Shown piece by piece: positions 9,318 through 18,706 of a stretch of 64,000 bases of DNA (positions are counted from its first letter, which is position 1; each line of letters starts with the position of its first letter). The DNA is taken from the IMG/VR virus record IMGVR_UViG_3300022555_000003, positions 178,081 to 242,080 of that record. One strand, written 5' to 3'. The DNA comes from a virus (Duplodnaviria; Caudoviricetes). A model generated the notes under the pieces. That model had not been told where the DNA came from and ran no database searches. It saw nothing but the letters and a program-made list of their open reading frames with translations. A program made the translations under genes and the position numbers.

Positions 9318-10118
9318 ATGAACGTCATCAACATTTCAGTTTTACTTCCAACCCGCGGGCGCAAAGAACCGTTGTTAAAATGTTTAGATAGCTTACTTGA
9401 AAATGCTAAAGATAATACCAATATTGAGGTATTATTAGGCGTAGACACTGATGATACTGAAGTAATAGAATACGTTGAAACTGTGATAATACCAAAATAT
9501 TATCAAGTAACAATGTATTTGTTCAAGCAACTAGGCTATGAAAAATTAAATATGTATTATAATACTCTAGCTAATTTAGCTTACGGTAAGTGGCTATTTG
9601 TATTCAATGACGATGTTATATTAGAAACACAAGACTGGGACAATGTTATTTACAAGTATGAATCTCATCCAATGCCACTGCTTCGTGTCAACGTTAGAAA
9701 TATGGACCATCCATTTGCACTATTTCCAATTATTAAAAAAGAAATGATTGAAGTTATGGGACAACTTAGCCCATATAGCCACATTGATCGATTTTTATAT
9801 AACTGTGCAACAAATATTTGTAATGGAATTGTAATCGATATCCCTGTAGATGTAATCCACGATAGATTTGATATAACTGGTGCAAATAACGACGAAACAT
9901 TTAAAAATAGTATTTCAACATATGCTAAGACTGAAGGTAATCCGCTTGATCCAGCAAATGATGACTATCCAACTCAACACCAATATATGCTAATGTTAGT
10001 CAATCGTCTACGCCAGCATATAAACAACAAATATAACTATGCTATCCCGCTTATTGATTTGAGTAAGCCAGTACAAGTGATTAAAAAAACTACTGCAAGT
10101 CACGGTTGTGCAAAATAA
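9318..10118 (+). CDS. glycosyltransferase family 2
   Basis: SVLLPTRGR N-terminal strand, FNDDV DxD motif. Confidence 0.8.
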   Translation: MNVINISVLLPTRGRKEPLLKCLDSLLENAKDNTNIEVLLGVDTDDTEVIEYVETVIIPKYYQVTMYLFKQLGYEKLNMYYNTLANLAYGKWLFVFNDDVILETQDWDNVIYKYESHPMPLLRVNVRNMDHPFALFPIIKKEMIEVMGQLSPYSHIDRFLYNCATNICNGIVIDIPVDVIHDRFDITGANNDETFKNSISTYAKTEGNPLDPANDDYPTQHQYMLMLVNRLRQHINNKYNYAIPLIDLSKPVQVIKKTTASHGCAK

Positions 10119-10151
10119 TTGTGCTATAATAGTAGTATAAGGAAGTAATAA

Positions 10152-10919
10152 ATGAATATAGGCATTATAGGTAAGGGCGTTGTTGGGCAAGCTGTTTATA
10201 CAGGCTTAGAGATGTTAGGGCACACGATGTCATATTATGATATCAAAGAAAAGAATACTTCGTTACTTGATGTAATAAATACCGATATTGTGTTTATATG
10301 TGTTCCCACATTGAATACGATATTCAATGAATGTAACATAAGTATAGTTGATAAATGTTGTTACGATTTAGCAGTAAAAAATTATCGTGGGATCGTCGCA
10401 ATTAAGAGTACTGTTATTCCAGGCACAACTGAAGCATTAGGCAAAAAGTATTCTAATTTACATATTTGCTTTGTTCCAGAATTTCTTCATGCAGCAAACG
10501 CATTAGGTGATTTCTGTAACATGGATGTATTAGTAATTGGATCAAATGATTTAACACATTTTACAACTATAAGTCAGTTACATGGACAATATCCTCAGTT
10601 AGTTAGATTTGTAAATCCAACTGAAGCTGAATTAATAAAGTATTTTAACAATGTTCACAATGCAATGAATTGTACATTTGCTAATATTTTTCATGAAGTA
10701 TGCAAAAAATTTGGTGTTAACTATGATAATATATTACATGCAATTGCTGAACGTCCGAATATTAGTCCATTGTATCTAAAATCAGATTCTGAATATGGAG
10801 CATTTGGTGGTGAATGTTTACCAAAAGATACTATTGCTTTTAACACTCTACTAAGTAAGTTGAAACTAAATTACAGTTTAATTGATTCAATCTTAATGGA
10901 TAACGAGAAATTTAAATGA
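10152..10919 (+). CDS. UDP-glucose/GDP-mannose dehydrogenase family, lacking C-terminal UDP-binding domain
   Basis: GKGVVG Rossmann motif, IKSTVIPGTT, PEFL, KYFNN, FGGECLPKD; only 255 aa. Confidence 0.85.
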   Translation: MNIGIIGKGVVGQAVYTGLEMLGHTMSYYDIKEKNTSLLDVINTDIVFICVPTLNTIFNECNISIVDKCCYDLAVKNYRGIVAIKSTVIPGTTEALGKKYSNLHICFVPEFLHAANALGDFCNMDVLVIGSNDLTHFTTISQLHGQYPQLVRFVNPTEAELIKYFNNVHNAMNCTFANIFHEVCKKFGVNYDNILHAIAERPNISPLYLKSDSEYGAFGGECLPKDTIAFNTLLSKLKLNYSLIDSILMDNEKFK

Positions 10920-11164
10920 GACAAAAGTTAATTAATACACTAAAACTATTAGAAAAGAAGGTTCCTCCTCCTAGAAAATGTCATCATTCATTGACGTATA
11001 ATACATATGGTCCTGACAGAGATGAACTAGGATTACATGTTAATATAGATGGGTGTTTTGTTACATTATTTTTGCAAGATGATGATTTTGATAAAACTCC
11101 TGAAACGTTAGTAGATGATATCATATTAGAGTTAGACAAATATTTTAAGAGATTATCAGAATGA
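10916..11164 (+). CDS. hypothetical protein
   Basis: ATGA overlaps on both sides inside operon. Confidence 0.65.
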   Translation: MRQKLINTLKLLEKKVPPPRKCHHSLTYNTYGPDRDELGLHVNIDGCFVTLFLQDDDFDKTPETLVDDIILELDKYFKRLSE

Positions 11165-12054
11165 GACAGAAAATATTAGTAACTGGTGCTAGTGGATTGC
11201 TTGGAACAGAATTATGTCTCCAGTTATCCACTCTAGGCGTTGAAGTTTGGGCGGTTGATAACCACAGTAGAAGTTCTAGTATTCCAGTATGCGATAAATT
11301 TATCAAATGTGATGTAAGTGATCCAAATCAATACTATCATTTTGATTTTGATTTCGACTATATTTTTCATTATGCTGCTGTTAATGGAACTACTAACTTC
11401 TATTCAAATCCAAACAAAGTATTATATAATAATACAATGGGCGATCTACTAATGTTTGAGTTTGCCAAGAAATGCAAAAATCTTAAAAAACTTATTTATG
11501 CTAGTAGTAGTGAAATAGTATCTGATGATATAACTCCAACTGCTGAAGTATCAAATTCATCTATAGATGATATTCATAACCCACGTTGGTCTTATAGATT
11601 GTCTAAGATGAGTGCAGAAAATTATCTAAGTAATAGTGATCTTCCATATTTAATTATTAGATATTTTAATGTATATGGTAACGAAACTTTCCCGGGACAC
11701 TTTGTATTTGATCAAATTACTAAAATTAAAAAAGGTATTTTTGAATTAATTGGTGCTTATGAAACACGTTCTTTTTGTCATGTTAGTGATGCCATAAAAG
11801 TTACAATTTGTGCAATACCTAGTTTTCCAACTAATGAAATTGTTAATATTGGTTCTGATGAAGAGATACTAATTATTGATGCAGCAAATGCATTGGCTAG
11901 TATGTTAGGCCACAACTGTCCAAATTGGAGACTATTAGATGGTATGGAAGGCAGTACTAAAACACGTAGGCCTGATTTATATAAACTATTAAGAGCTGTC
12001 CCAAGTTATAAGCCAATGAAGTTCATTGATGGAATAAAGCTTTTATCTTGTTGA
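11161..12054 (+). CDS. NAD-dependent nucleotide-sugar epimerase/dehydratase
   Basis: TGASGLLG, HYAA, YASSSE, YRLSK (YxxxK), RYFNVYG. Confidence 0.9.
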   Translation: MRQKILVTGASGLLGTELCLQLSTLGVEVWAVDNHSRSSSIPVCDKFIKCDVSDPNQYYHFDFDFDYIFHYAAVNGTTNFYSNPNKVLYNNTMGDLLMFEFAKKCKNLKKLIYASSSEIVSDDITPTAEVSNSSIDDIHNPRWSYRLSKMSAENYLSNSDLPYLIIRYFNVYGNETFPGHFVFDQITKIKKGIFELIGAYETRSFCHVSDAIKVTICAIPSFPTNEIVNIGSDEEILIIDAANALASMLGHNCPNWRLLDGMEGSTKTRRPDLYKLLRAVPSYKPMKFIDGIKLLSC

Positions 12055-12876
12055 CTGCCAACTCGGCTTAAATTCTTTTACTGAATCAGGTTCAACATCA
12101 TTATAATGTGTTGTATTAAAAACTGTATCTGCTCTAGGACTTGTCATTGCGTCAGCTGAGGGTCTAGTAAGTCTACCTTTTTCAGGTTTCTTTTTAAACA
12201 TGTCTAACAAGCTTTCATTGATATCATATTGCTGGTAAAGATTTTCTAACTCTTTAGCATATAGTCTGTCAGAACTAAATTTCTTCATCTTTTCTGGAAT
12301 CTTCTTAAATAATTTAACCCACATATCAACAAATTTTACTGGAAGAGTTCGTTCACTCCAGTTAATTCCAATACCATCTGAATCAATACCGGGTCCATAA
12401 ATTCTAAACCAAAATGTTTTATTGTCAGGTTCAGACTCTGTCCATGCCTTAACTGTATATTGTCCATCTGAAGATTTAATGTCTGGTAAGTCTGATACTC
12501 CACCACCCATTGGCTTACTTCCTTGTGCTGTTGGTTCTGGCGCGTCAAAACTATCTTCTTGAACAGTTGTTTCGCTTACTTTATTATAGTCAGTTACTTC
12601 TAACCAACCATCATAATGTAATGCTGCTCTAAGCTTATCTTCAAATGCTCTTATTGGTAACTTTTTTGTATTAGATGCAGCAATATTCCACATTGTGGAT
12701 CCATCGCTATAACCACTATCAAAAATTGAAGATTTTCCTAATAACTGTCTAACTGCCTTAGTTATTGAGTCACGACCACCTTGAGGAATTTTAACTTTAA
12801 ACGTTTCAGGAGCTTTAGTAACTCCAGCTTCTTGCATACGGGTCATTGTTTCTAACAGTGTTCGAATATTACTCAT
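12043..12876 (-). CDS. hypothetical protein, putative internal head protein
   Basis: Start moved to MSNIRTLLETM (AAGGA RBS); N-terminus like upstream gene MANIKKILESM. Confidence 0.65.
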   Translation of the reverse strand: MSNIRTLLETMTRMQEAGVTKAPETFKVKIPQGGRDSITKAVRQLLGKSSIFDSGYSDGSTMWNIAASNTKKLPIRAFEDKLRAALHYDGWLEVTDYNKVSETTVQEDSFDAPEPTAQGSKPMGGGVSDLPDIKSSDGQYTVKAWTESEPDNKTFWFRIYGPGIDSDGIGINWSERTLPVKFVDMWVKLFKKIPEKMKKFSSDRLYAKELENLYQQYDINESLLDMFKKKPEKGRLTRPSADAMTSPRADTVFNTTHYNDVEPDSVKEFKPSWQSTR

Positions 12877-13325
12877 TTCTTTTTTCCTTTTGATTCCATA
12901 CATCCACCACCAACTGCTTTTGATGTTTGTTTCTTTGGTTTTCCACCTAGTACTGGTGATTGATTAGGTATCTTTTCTTCTGCATCTAAATATTCTTTAA
13001 AAGAATAACTATCAATGGGTTTGTTTAATAATGCTTCTTCATCTGTTTGCTTTTTCTTATTTTTTGTCATAGCAAAGAAGCTCTTAGTACTTGACCCTGA
13101 CTTTTTAATATCGCCTTTAGTGTATGTCCAACCATAATCATTAAGTGTCACTTTAGAATTCCCATAAGTATATATAGATTCGTCTTCTATACGGCCAGCA
13201 TAGTGCCAATTTAAATTTTCAAGATATGATCCAATGGTGTCTGGACTCATTCCATATTCGTCATCGCCAGACCATTCTTTAATCATTTTGTCCATTGATT
13301 CTAATATTTTTTTAATGTTAGCCAT
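12873..13325 (-). CDS. hypothetical protein, putative internal head protein
   Basis: MANIKKILESM; coupled to neighbours. Confidence 0.7.
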   Translation of the reverse strand: MANIKKILESMDKMIKEWSGDDEYGMSPDTIGSYLENLNWHYAGRIEDESIYTYGNSKVTLNDYGWTYTKGDIKKSGSSTKSFFAMTKNKKKQTDEEALLNKPIDSYSFKEYLDAEEKIPNQSPVLGGKPKKQTSKAVGGGCMESKGKKK

Positions 13326-13326
13326 A

Positions 13327-13491
13327 TTATTTTCCTGTAATCTGCTTCACTAAATTTGAAAACATACTTCCAATGGCAGAAAATATCTGTTTAAAATTTG
13401 CTTTGTTGCTTTGAAAGAAAATAACAATTTGCTTTGATACAGCCACAATTGCATTTTTAATACCTACTAAAATCTTTTTAACTATTGTCAT
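13327..13491 (-). CDS. 54-aa cationic amphipathic peptide (missing from ORF track)
   Basis: MTIVKKILVGIKNAIVAVSKQIVIFFQSNKANFKQIFSAIGSMFSNLVKQITGK; ATGA overlap upstream, TAA-T-ATG downstream. Confidence 0.6.
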   Translation of the reverse strand: MTIVKKILVGIKNAIVAVSKQIVIFFQSNKANFKQIFSAIGSMFSNLVKQITGK

Positions 13492-14144
13492 TGTATATTC
13501 CTTGCAAAATCAGCAAATTGTTTTGTGATTTTCGCTACTTCATCTTCTTTGGGTGCTTCTTTAACTACTTTCTTTCGAGTAAGTTGTCTAGTAACTGTGC
13601 CTGGTCCGCCGTTTAAAAATCCATTGCCTCCACCCATACTGCCAGCAATTCCACCGCTTGATGTTCCACCACTCCCTGCGTCTTCACTTAAAAATTTAGC
13701 ATCTAAGAGTGATAATAAACCACTTATAGTATTAGATACTACAGTCTTAGATAACATTCTAACTGGATCAACAACATCCATATAATACTTATTAATAATA
13801 ATTTGCTCTTGCTCTGCTCCGTTTGCACCAGCTTTAGGTGAATAAAAGTGTCTAAAATTCTTACTATTAGTACATAACTTTTCGATTTGCTTTACACCTT
13901 TATAGATATATTTACGTGAATCCGTTGTATACATACCTTCTAACCAAAGTTCGCTTTTAGCAATGTAAAATCTAATATCACCATGTTCTATACTAATTCC
14001 AAATTTTTGACTTATATCTTCATGAAATATTACATCGTTTGATCTAGAATCACTTAGTGAAGGAAGTTTAACTGCGCCAGATTTGGTAATCCAACCAAAC
14101 ATTGTATAGTTTAAATTTCTAGAAAATACTTCTTTAATTAGCAT
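13488..14144 (-). CDS. hypothetical protein, putative internal head protein
   Basis: Start moved to MLIKEVFS, 5 nt after ATAAATA; Gly-rich segment after LSE. Confidence 0.7.
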   Translation of the reverse strand: MLIKEVFSRNLNYTMFGWITKSGAVKLPSLSDSRSNDVIFHEDISQKFGISIEHGDIRFYIAKSELWLEGMYTTDSRKYIYKGVKQIEKLCTNSKNFRHFYSPKAGANGAEQEQIIINKYYMDVVDPVRMLSKTVVSNTISGLLSLLDAKFLSEDAGSGGTSSGGIAGSMGGGNGFLNGGPGTVTRQLTRKKVVKEAPKEDEVAKITKQFADFARNIQ

Positions 14145-14148
14145 AATA

Positions 14149-14643
14149 TTATTTATCCAATTCTCCATATCCTTGTGCTTGCCCTTCATCACTGGTTGTA
14201 AAAATACTATTACTTCTTCTAGCTTCAATTCCAAGTAGTTTCAAATTCTTATCATAAGCAATTGTATTATCAATATCACTATCGACGGTCCGTCTTTTTT
14301 CAATACTAGCTGATTCAAAAATTACTCCAGATGGTCTTGTGCCACGAAATAATACTTTTTTTATTGTATCAAAAATATTAAGATAGTTACTAGCTTCTTT
14401 TTGTATTTTCTTTATTACATCTACTTCTTTCTTTATAACTTGTTTAACCTGAGATAATTCTTTCAAATAATGTCCTTTTGCAGTCTGATGAATGTTTTTA
14501 ACGGCATCGTTTGTTGTTTGTTTAATGTTATAATCAGAATCTTTAATCCAATAATTCAGTTTTTCCAGATGTGATTCGTCTTCCCACTTGTTTATTAAAA
14601 CAGTACGATGGCTCTTTGCTTCCATTAAGTCAATTATTTTCAT
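14149..14643 (-). pseudogene. putative ADP-ribosyltransferase paralog, C-terminally truncated
   Basis: Has LFRG, RRTVDS, LGIEARRSNSIFTTS..QAQGYG, then stops; lacks FSWS and HE motifs. Confidence 0.7.
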
Positions 14644-15488
14644 TTAGTGTATCCTAATTTTCTTCTAATTGTTTGAAATTCAAAAAAGTACTTTTCTAAT
14701 ATAGCAAAATATGCTCCATGTATTAGTACTTCATTTTCTGATTTTAAGGCGGCTGGAAAATTCTTATTAGTAACTCTAAATTTTTTCTGAAAGCTATCTA
14801 AATCTGGTTCTCTATTTAATAATTCTCTAGTATATTTAAGTACTGGAGATTCGGGGAATTTCAATGATATCCATTTTAAATTATCTACTATAGTACTTTT
14901 TTCTGTAAAACCTAATATTTCATATAGTTTAAATTTATAGTCAATCAAAGTAGATTTTAATTTCCAAACAAGATTATTATATTCTTTATCAGCCCTTTCA
15001 ATCTCGCTGTCAATTACATTTGTTATTTCTTTTGGATAATCTTTTACATAACTACCCATATGATCTAAAATCAAATCATTGTGTATTCTGCTCCAACTAA
15101 ATACTGCTGTATTTTTTGGAATGATGACATATGATATTTGTCCGTAGTCTGAAGAAGAATCCAAACTAGATGTGGTAAAAATACTATTACTTCTAAGAGC
15201 TTTAATACCAAGTAACGTCATCAAATTATCATATCTTAGAGTATCCGATTTGCTACTATCCATTGGACGTCTATTTTCAATACTTTCACCTTCAAAAATT
15301 ACTCCAGTTTTTTTAGTTCCTCTATATAATACTCTATGTGTTGCATCAAATACTTTAAGATATTTACTGCATTCTTTCTGTATTTTAATAGTAATGTCAG
15401 TATTTATTTGTGCGCCGTCTTCCCACTTGTTTATTAAAATTACACGGGTTGAATGTTTCTTTGCTTCCATTAAGTCAGTTATTTTCAT
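14640..15488 (-). CDS. putative ADP-ribosyltransferase-fold paralog
   Basis: LYRG / SNSIFTTS / YVIIP / FSWS / SENEVLIHG; starts MKITDLME. Confidence 0.6.
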   Translation of the reverse strand: MKITDLMEAKKHSTRVILINKWEDGAQINTDITIKIQKECSKYLKVFDATHRVLYRGTKKTGVIFEGESIENRRPMDSSKSDTLRYDNLMTLLGIKALRSNSIFTTSSLDSSSDYGQISYVIIPKNTAVFSWSRIHNDLILDHMGSYVKDYPKEITNVIDSEIERADKEYNNLVWKLKSTLIDYKFKLYEILGFTEKSTIVDNLKWISLKFPESPVLKYTRELLNREPDLDSFQKKFRVTNKNFPAALKSENEVLIHGAYFAILEKYFFEFQTIRRKLGYTK

Positions 15489-16474
15489 TTAAGTAATCCT
15501 AACTTAGTTCTGAGTGGTTGAAGGTGTACGAAGAAGTCCTCTTCAGCTACAGCAAAATATTCTCCGTGTATTAATACTTCATGCTTGGATCTGATTGCTG
15601 CTGAAAAATAAGAATCATAAACTCCATACTTTTTTTGAAATTCTTTAAGATTATATGTTGGATTTATTAGTTCTTCTGAATATTTAAGTATTGGAGATTT
15701 TGGTTTATTTTTAGAGATCCAACTAACTAACCCTTTGGCATCTTCGATAGTTTCTTGATACAACAAATCTCTCAATGAATTATTATATTCTGTCATTTCT
15801 TCAATTTTATTTTCGTCTTTTAGTTTCGATATAATAGCGTCACTTTTATCAAGCTCTTTTTTAATCACATCTTTTAATTTACTAGAATACCTAGGGCCTA
15901 ATAATGCTCTTCTATGTGTAGAATCTAACACCAAATCAGAATATATAAAGCTCCAACTAAACACTGCTGTATTCTTAGGTATAATTACATATACTTTGCT
16001 TCCATAATCACTTGCCTGATTTGAACTTCCTGTTGTAAATGTACTATTACAACGTAAGGCTTCAATACCAAGTAACTTCAATTTTTCATCATATTCTTTT
16101 GACAAAAGATTACTACTGTCCTTAGGATGACGATTTATTGGACTCGTTGCTTCAAATATAGATCCTCCGTTAGTAGTACCTCTGAATAAAAAATTGTTGA
16201 TTTGATCATATACTTTAATGTAATTACTACATTCTTTTTGTATTCTCTTAGCAATAGCAGTCTCTGAATTAATAATTGGTTTTATTTTGGATAACTCTTT
16301 CTCACAATCTTTTAGTAGTTTTTTAAACTTTGTCTTTTCTTTTGGATCTTTTTCTTGTTTAATAAGAGATGTGATATCGACGATATCTTTATTTACATCT
16401 AATCCATCTACCCATTTAGTCAGTAAAGTTTTTCGTTTACTAACAGATTCTAATAGTAAGTCATTTATTTTCAT
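15485..16474 (-). CDS. putative ADP-ribosyltransferase-fold paralog
   Basis: LFRG / NSTFTTG / FSWS / SKHEVLIHG; starts MKINDLLLE. Confidence 0.6.
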   Translation of the reverse strand: MKINDLLLESVSKRKTLLTKWVDGLDVNKDIVDITSLIKQEKDPKEKTKFKKLLKDCEKELSKIKPIINSETAIAKRIQKECSNYIKVYDQINNFLFRGTTNGGSIFEATSPINRHPKDSSNLLSKEYDEKLKLLGIEALRCNSTFTTGSSNQASDYGSKVYVIIPKNTAVFSWSFIYSDLVLDSTHRRALLGPRYSSKLKDVIKKELDKSDAIISKLKDENKIEEMTEYNNSLRDLLYQETIEDAKGLVSWISKNKPKSPILKYSEELINPTYNLKEFQKKYGVYDSYFSAAIRSKHEVLIHGEYFAVAEEDFFVHLQPLRTKLGLLK

Positions 16475-17454
16475 AATAATTTTTTAACCATTGGCCAAAA
16501 TAGATGATTAATGGCAATATATTTTCCGTGTATTAATACTTCGTTACGAGACTGTAATGCCGCTGGCATATCACTATTAGTGATCTGATATTTCTTTTGA
16601 AATTTATCTAAATTAATTGTAATTGTATATTCAATGAGATCATGAAGTATTGTCGAGTTTGGAAAGTTTTTCTCTATAAAATCTAAAGTGTAAAATCGTG
16701 TATCAACTTGTTTAAACTTAATAATATCTTTTAAAATTAGAATATATCTATACATGACTCTGTGTTTGTCGGGGAGATAGTAATCATCGTCATTTATCAG
16801 GTGTTGATATTTTGATAATTCTAGTCTAGATTTGTTAATTAACTCAATTGGTAAATCATACAAATCATCAAACGAATTACTTGTTAGTACTATATCGTCG
16901 GACGTCAATGAGCATGAAAAGTCTGCTGAATCTTCAGGAATAATTATATATGTATTCCCATATATTTGTACAGCCTGTTTCGAACTACTAGTAAAAATAC
17001 TATTCAATCGAAGCGCTTTAATACCTAATTGTGTTGCACATCCATCAAACAACTTACTCATTATAGCACTACTATCAAGTGGTCTTCTTTCTGACAGAGA
17101 TTCTGATTCAAATGCAGTTAAGTTTCCATTGATGCCACGATATAACCATCTTTGTTCTTGTTTAAAAATATTTACATACTTATTGCAACTAGATTTAACT
17201 ATCTGTTGAACATTATTTATAACATCCCTATAGTTAGTCATGTCATTAATTATTTTTTCTTCCTCATCAATGACATTCTCATAATATCCAATACTCTCTG
17301 TATCAATGGGTTCACTAGACTTAATTAAATCTATTTTATTTCTGAGGCGGTCAATACGCTCTATACAAGATGTATAAACAATAATATCAAAATTACCAGT
17401 CAATGAGACTTTCTTAGGAGCTCCATCTTCATTGATAATCTCTGAGAAACGCAT
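16471..17454 (-). CDS. putative ADP-ribosyltransferase-fold paralog
   Basis: LYRG / NSIFTSS / SRNEVLIHG; starts MRFSEI. Confidence 0.6.
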   Translation of the reverse strand: MRFSEIINEDGAPKKVSLTGNFDIIVYTSCIERIDRLRNKIDLIKSSEPIDTESIGYYENVIDEEEKIINDMTNYRDVINNVQQIVKSSCNKYVNIFKQEQRWLYRGINGNLTAFESESLSERRPLDSSAIMSKLFDGCATQLGIKALRLNSIFTSSSKQAVQIYGNTYIIIPEDSADFSCSLTSDDIVLTSNSFDDLYDLPIELINKSRLELSKYQHLINDDDYYLPDKHRVMYRYILILKDIIKFKQVDTRFYTLDFIEKNFPNSTILHDLIEYTITINLDKFQKKYQITNSDMPAALQSRNEVLIHGKYIAINHLFWPMVKKLL

Positions 17455-17457
17455 TAG

Positions 17458-17904
17458 TTAGGCCCTTGCTTTCTTAGTCATTGACCGCATTTTCCACGCC
17501 CATTTTTCGTGAGCAGCAATACGATCCTGTAAAAAGTTTTGTAGACCTAAATGATCACCAGCTTGAGCATAAGTTTCTTCTAATAGCTTAATCACAACAT
17601 GATTGTTTTCTAATAGCTCTTCAATCATTAATTCAGCTCTAGGAACTAGTAATTGTTCACTAATTTCAGTTAGTTCAGCAAAACGTGCTAAACTTCCTGG
17701 AGCATATATGTCAAGTGCTCTGATATGTTCAGCAATATCATCACATGATTCAAACACATCCTGATATAATTCACCTAGGAATGCATGATAAGAATGAAAA
17801 TGGGGACCTTCTAGGTTCCAATGGAAGTATTGAGCTTTTAGTTGGAATACATAAGATGTAGCTAATAAACGTTTGATCTTTTCTTCGAGATGTAGGATAG
17901 TCAT
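17458..17904 (-). CDS. dps: Dps-family ferritin-like protein
   Basis: HWNLEGPHFHSYHAFLGELY...DDIAEHIRAL...HEKWAWKMR; ATAAATA 5 nt before ATG. Confidence 0.92.
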   Translation of the reverse strand: MTILHLEEKIKRLLATSYVFQLKAQYFHWNLEGPHFHSYHAFLGELYQDVFESCDDIAEHIRALDIYAPGSLARFAELTEISEQLLVPRAELMIEELLENNHVVIKLLEETYAQAGDHLGLQNFLQDRIAAHEKWAWKMRSMTKKARA

Positions 17905-17931
17905 ATAACTATTTATCTACATGTTAAAATA

Positions 17932-18706
17932 TCATTCACCAAATAATTTTATTTTAATATCTGGCCACACACTAATGTGAATACCATAATATTCGCCATG
18001 TATTAATATTTCATTGCCTGATTTTAATGCACTAACGAAGTTTGTTGAATCAATTTGATATTTTGCTTGAAACTTATTAATATTTGCTGGAACGTCTTTG
18101 GCATCATCTAATATAATATCATCGTGAGTTTTACTCCAACTAAAATCAGCGGAGTCTTTTGGTATAATTATATATCTTGTTCTAGTTGTATTCTGACCAA
18201 AATTTAAATAGGCAGAGATTTGGCTAGCATCTCCGCTAGTAAAAATACTATTTTTTCGTTGAGCTTTAACACCCAATTTATCTAACTGCCTGTCAAACAA
18301 AATAGACATATAATTATCACTATCAACAGGAATTCTGTCAATGAGACTCCTGTCTTGATATAATGCTCCACGATTTTTTCTGGCACTATATAAACATTCG
18401 TCGGTTTGTTTAAACACACTTAAATATTTTTTACACTCAGCGTTAATTTGCGGAATAAAATTGTCAAATTGTGCTAAGTAATCAGTAAATTGCTTCATCA
18501 ACATTGTATATTTTACTGTTTCTTCATCAATATAATCCTGTGTTGATTTATATTCGGGGTTACTTTTATCAATCTTAATAAGATATATTTTTAATTCTTT
18601 TATATTGTGATCAATTTGAAGAATTTTTTTTATTTAAACTAGCTTGTATTTTGGGAACTAAAATTTGTTGATGTTTAGTTTCAGTTAAAAATTCATGTGA
18701 TCTCAT
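17932..18706 (-). pseudogene. putative ADP-ribosyltransferase paralog with +1 frameshift at an A8 run
   Basis: MRSHEFLTE... from 18706 stops after the A8 run (T8 at 18624-18631); removing one A joins it to the open frame of ORF 17932-18504. Confidence 0.7.
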
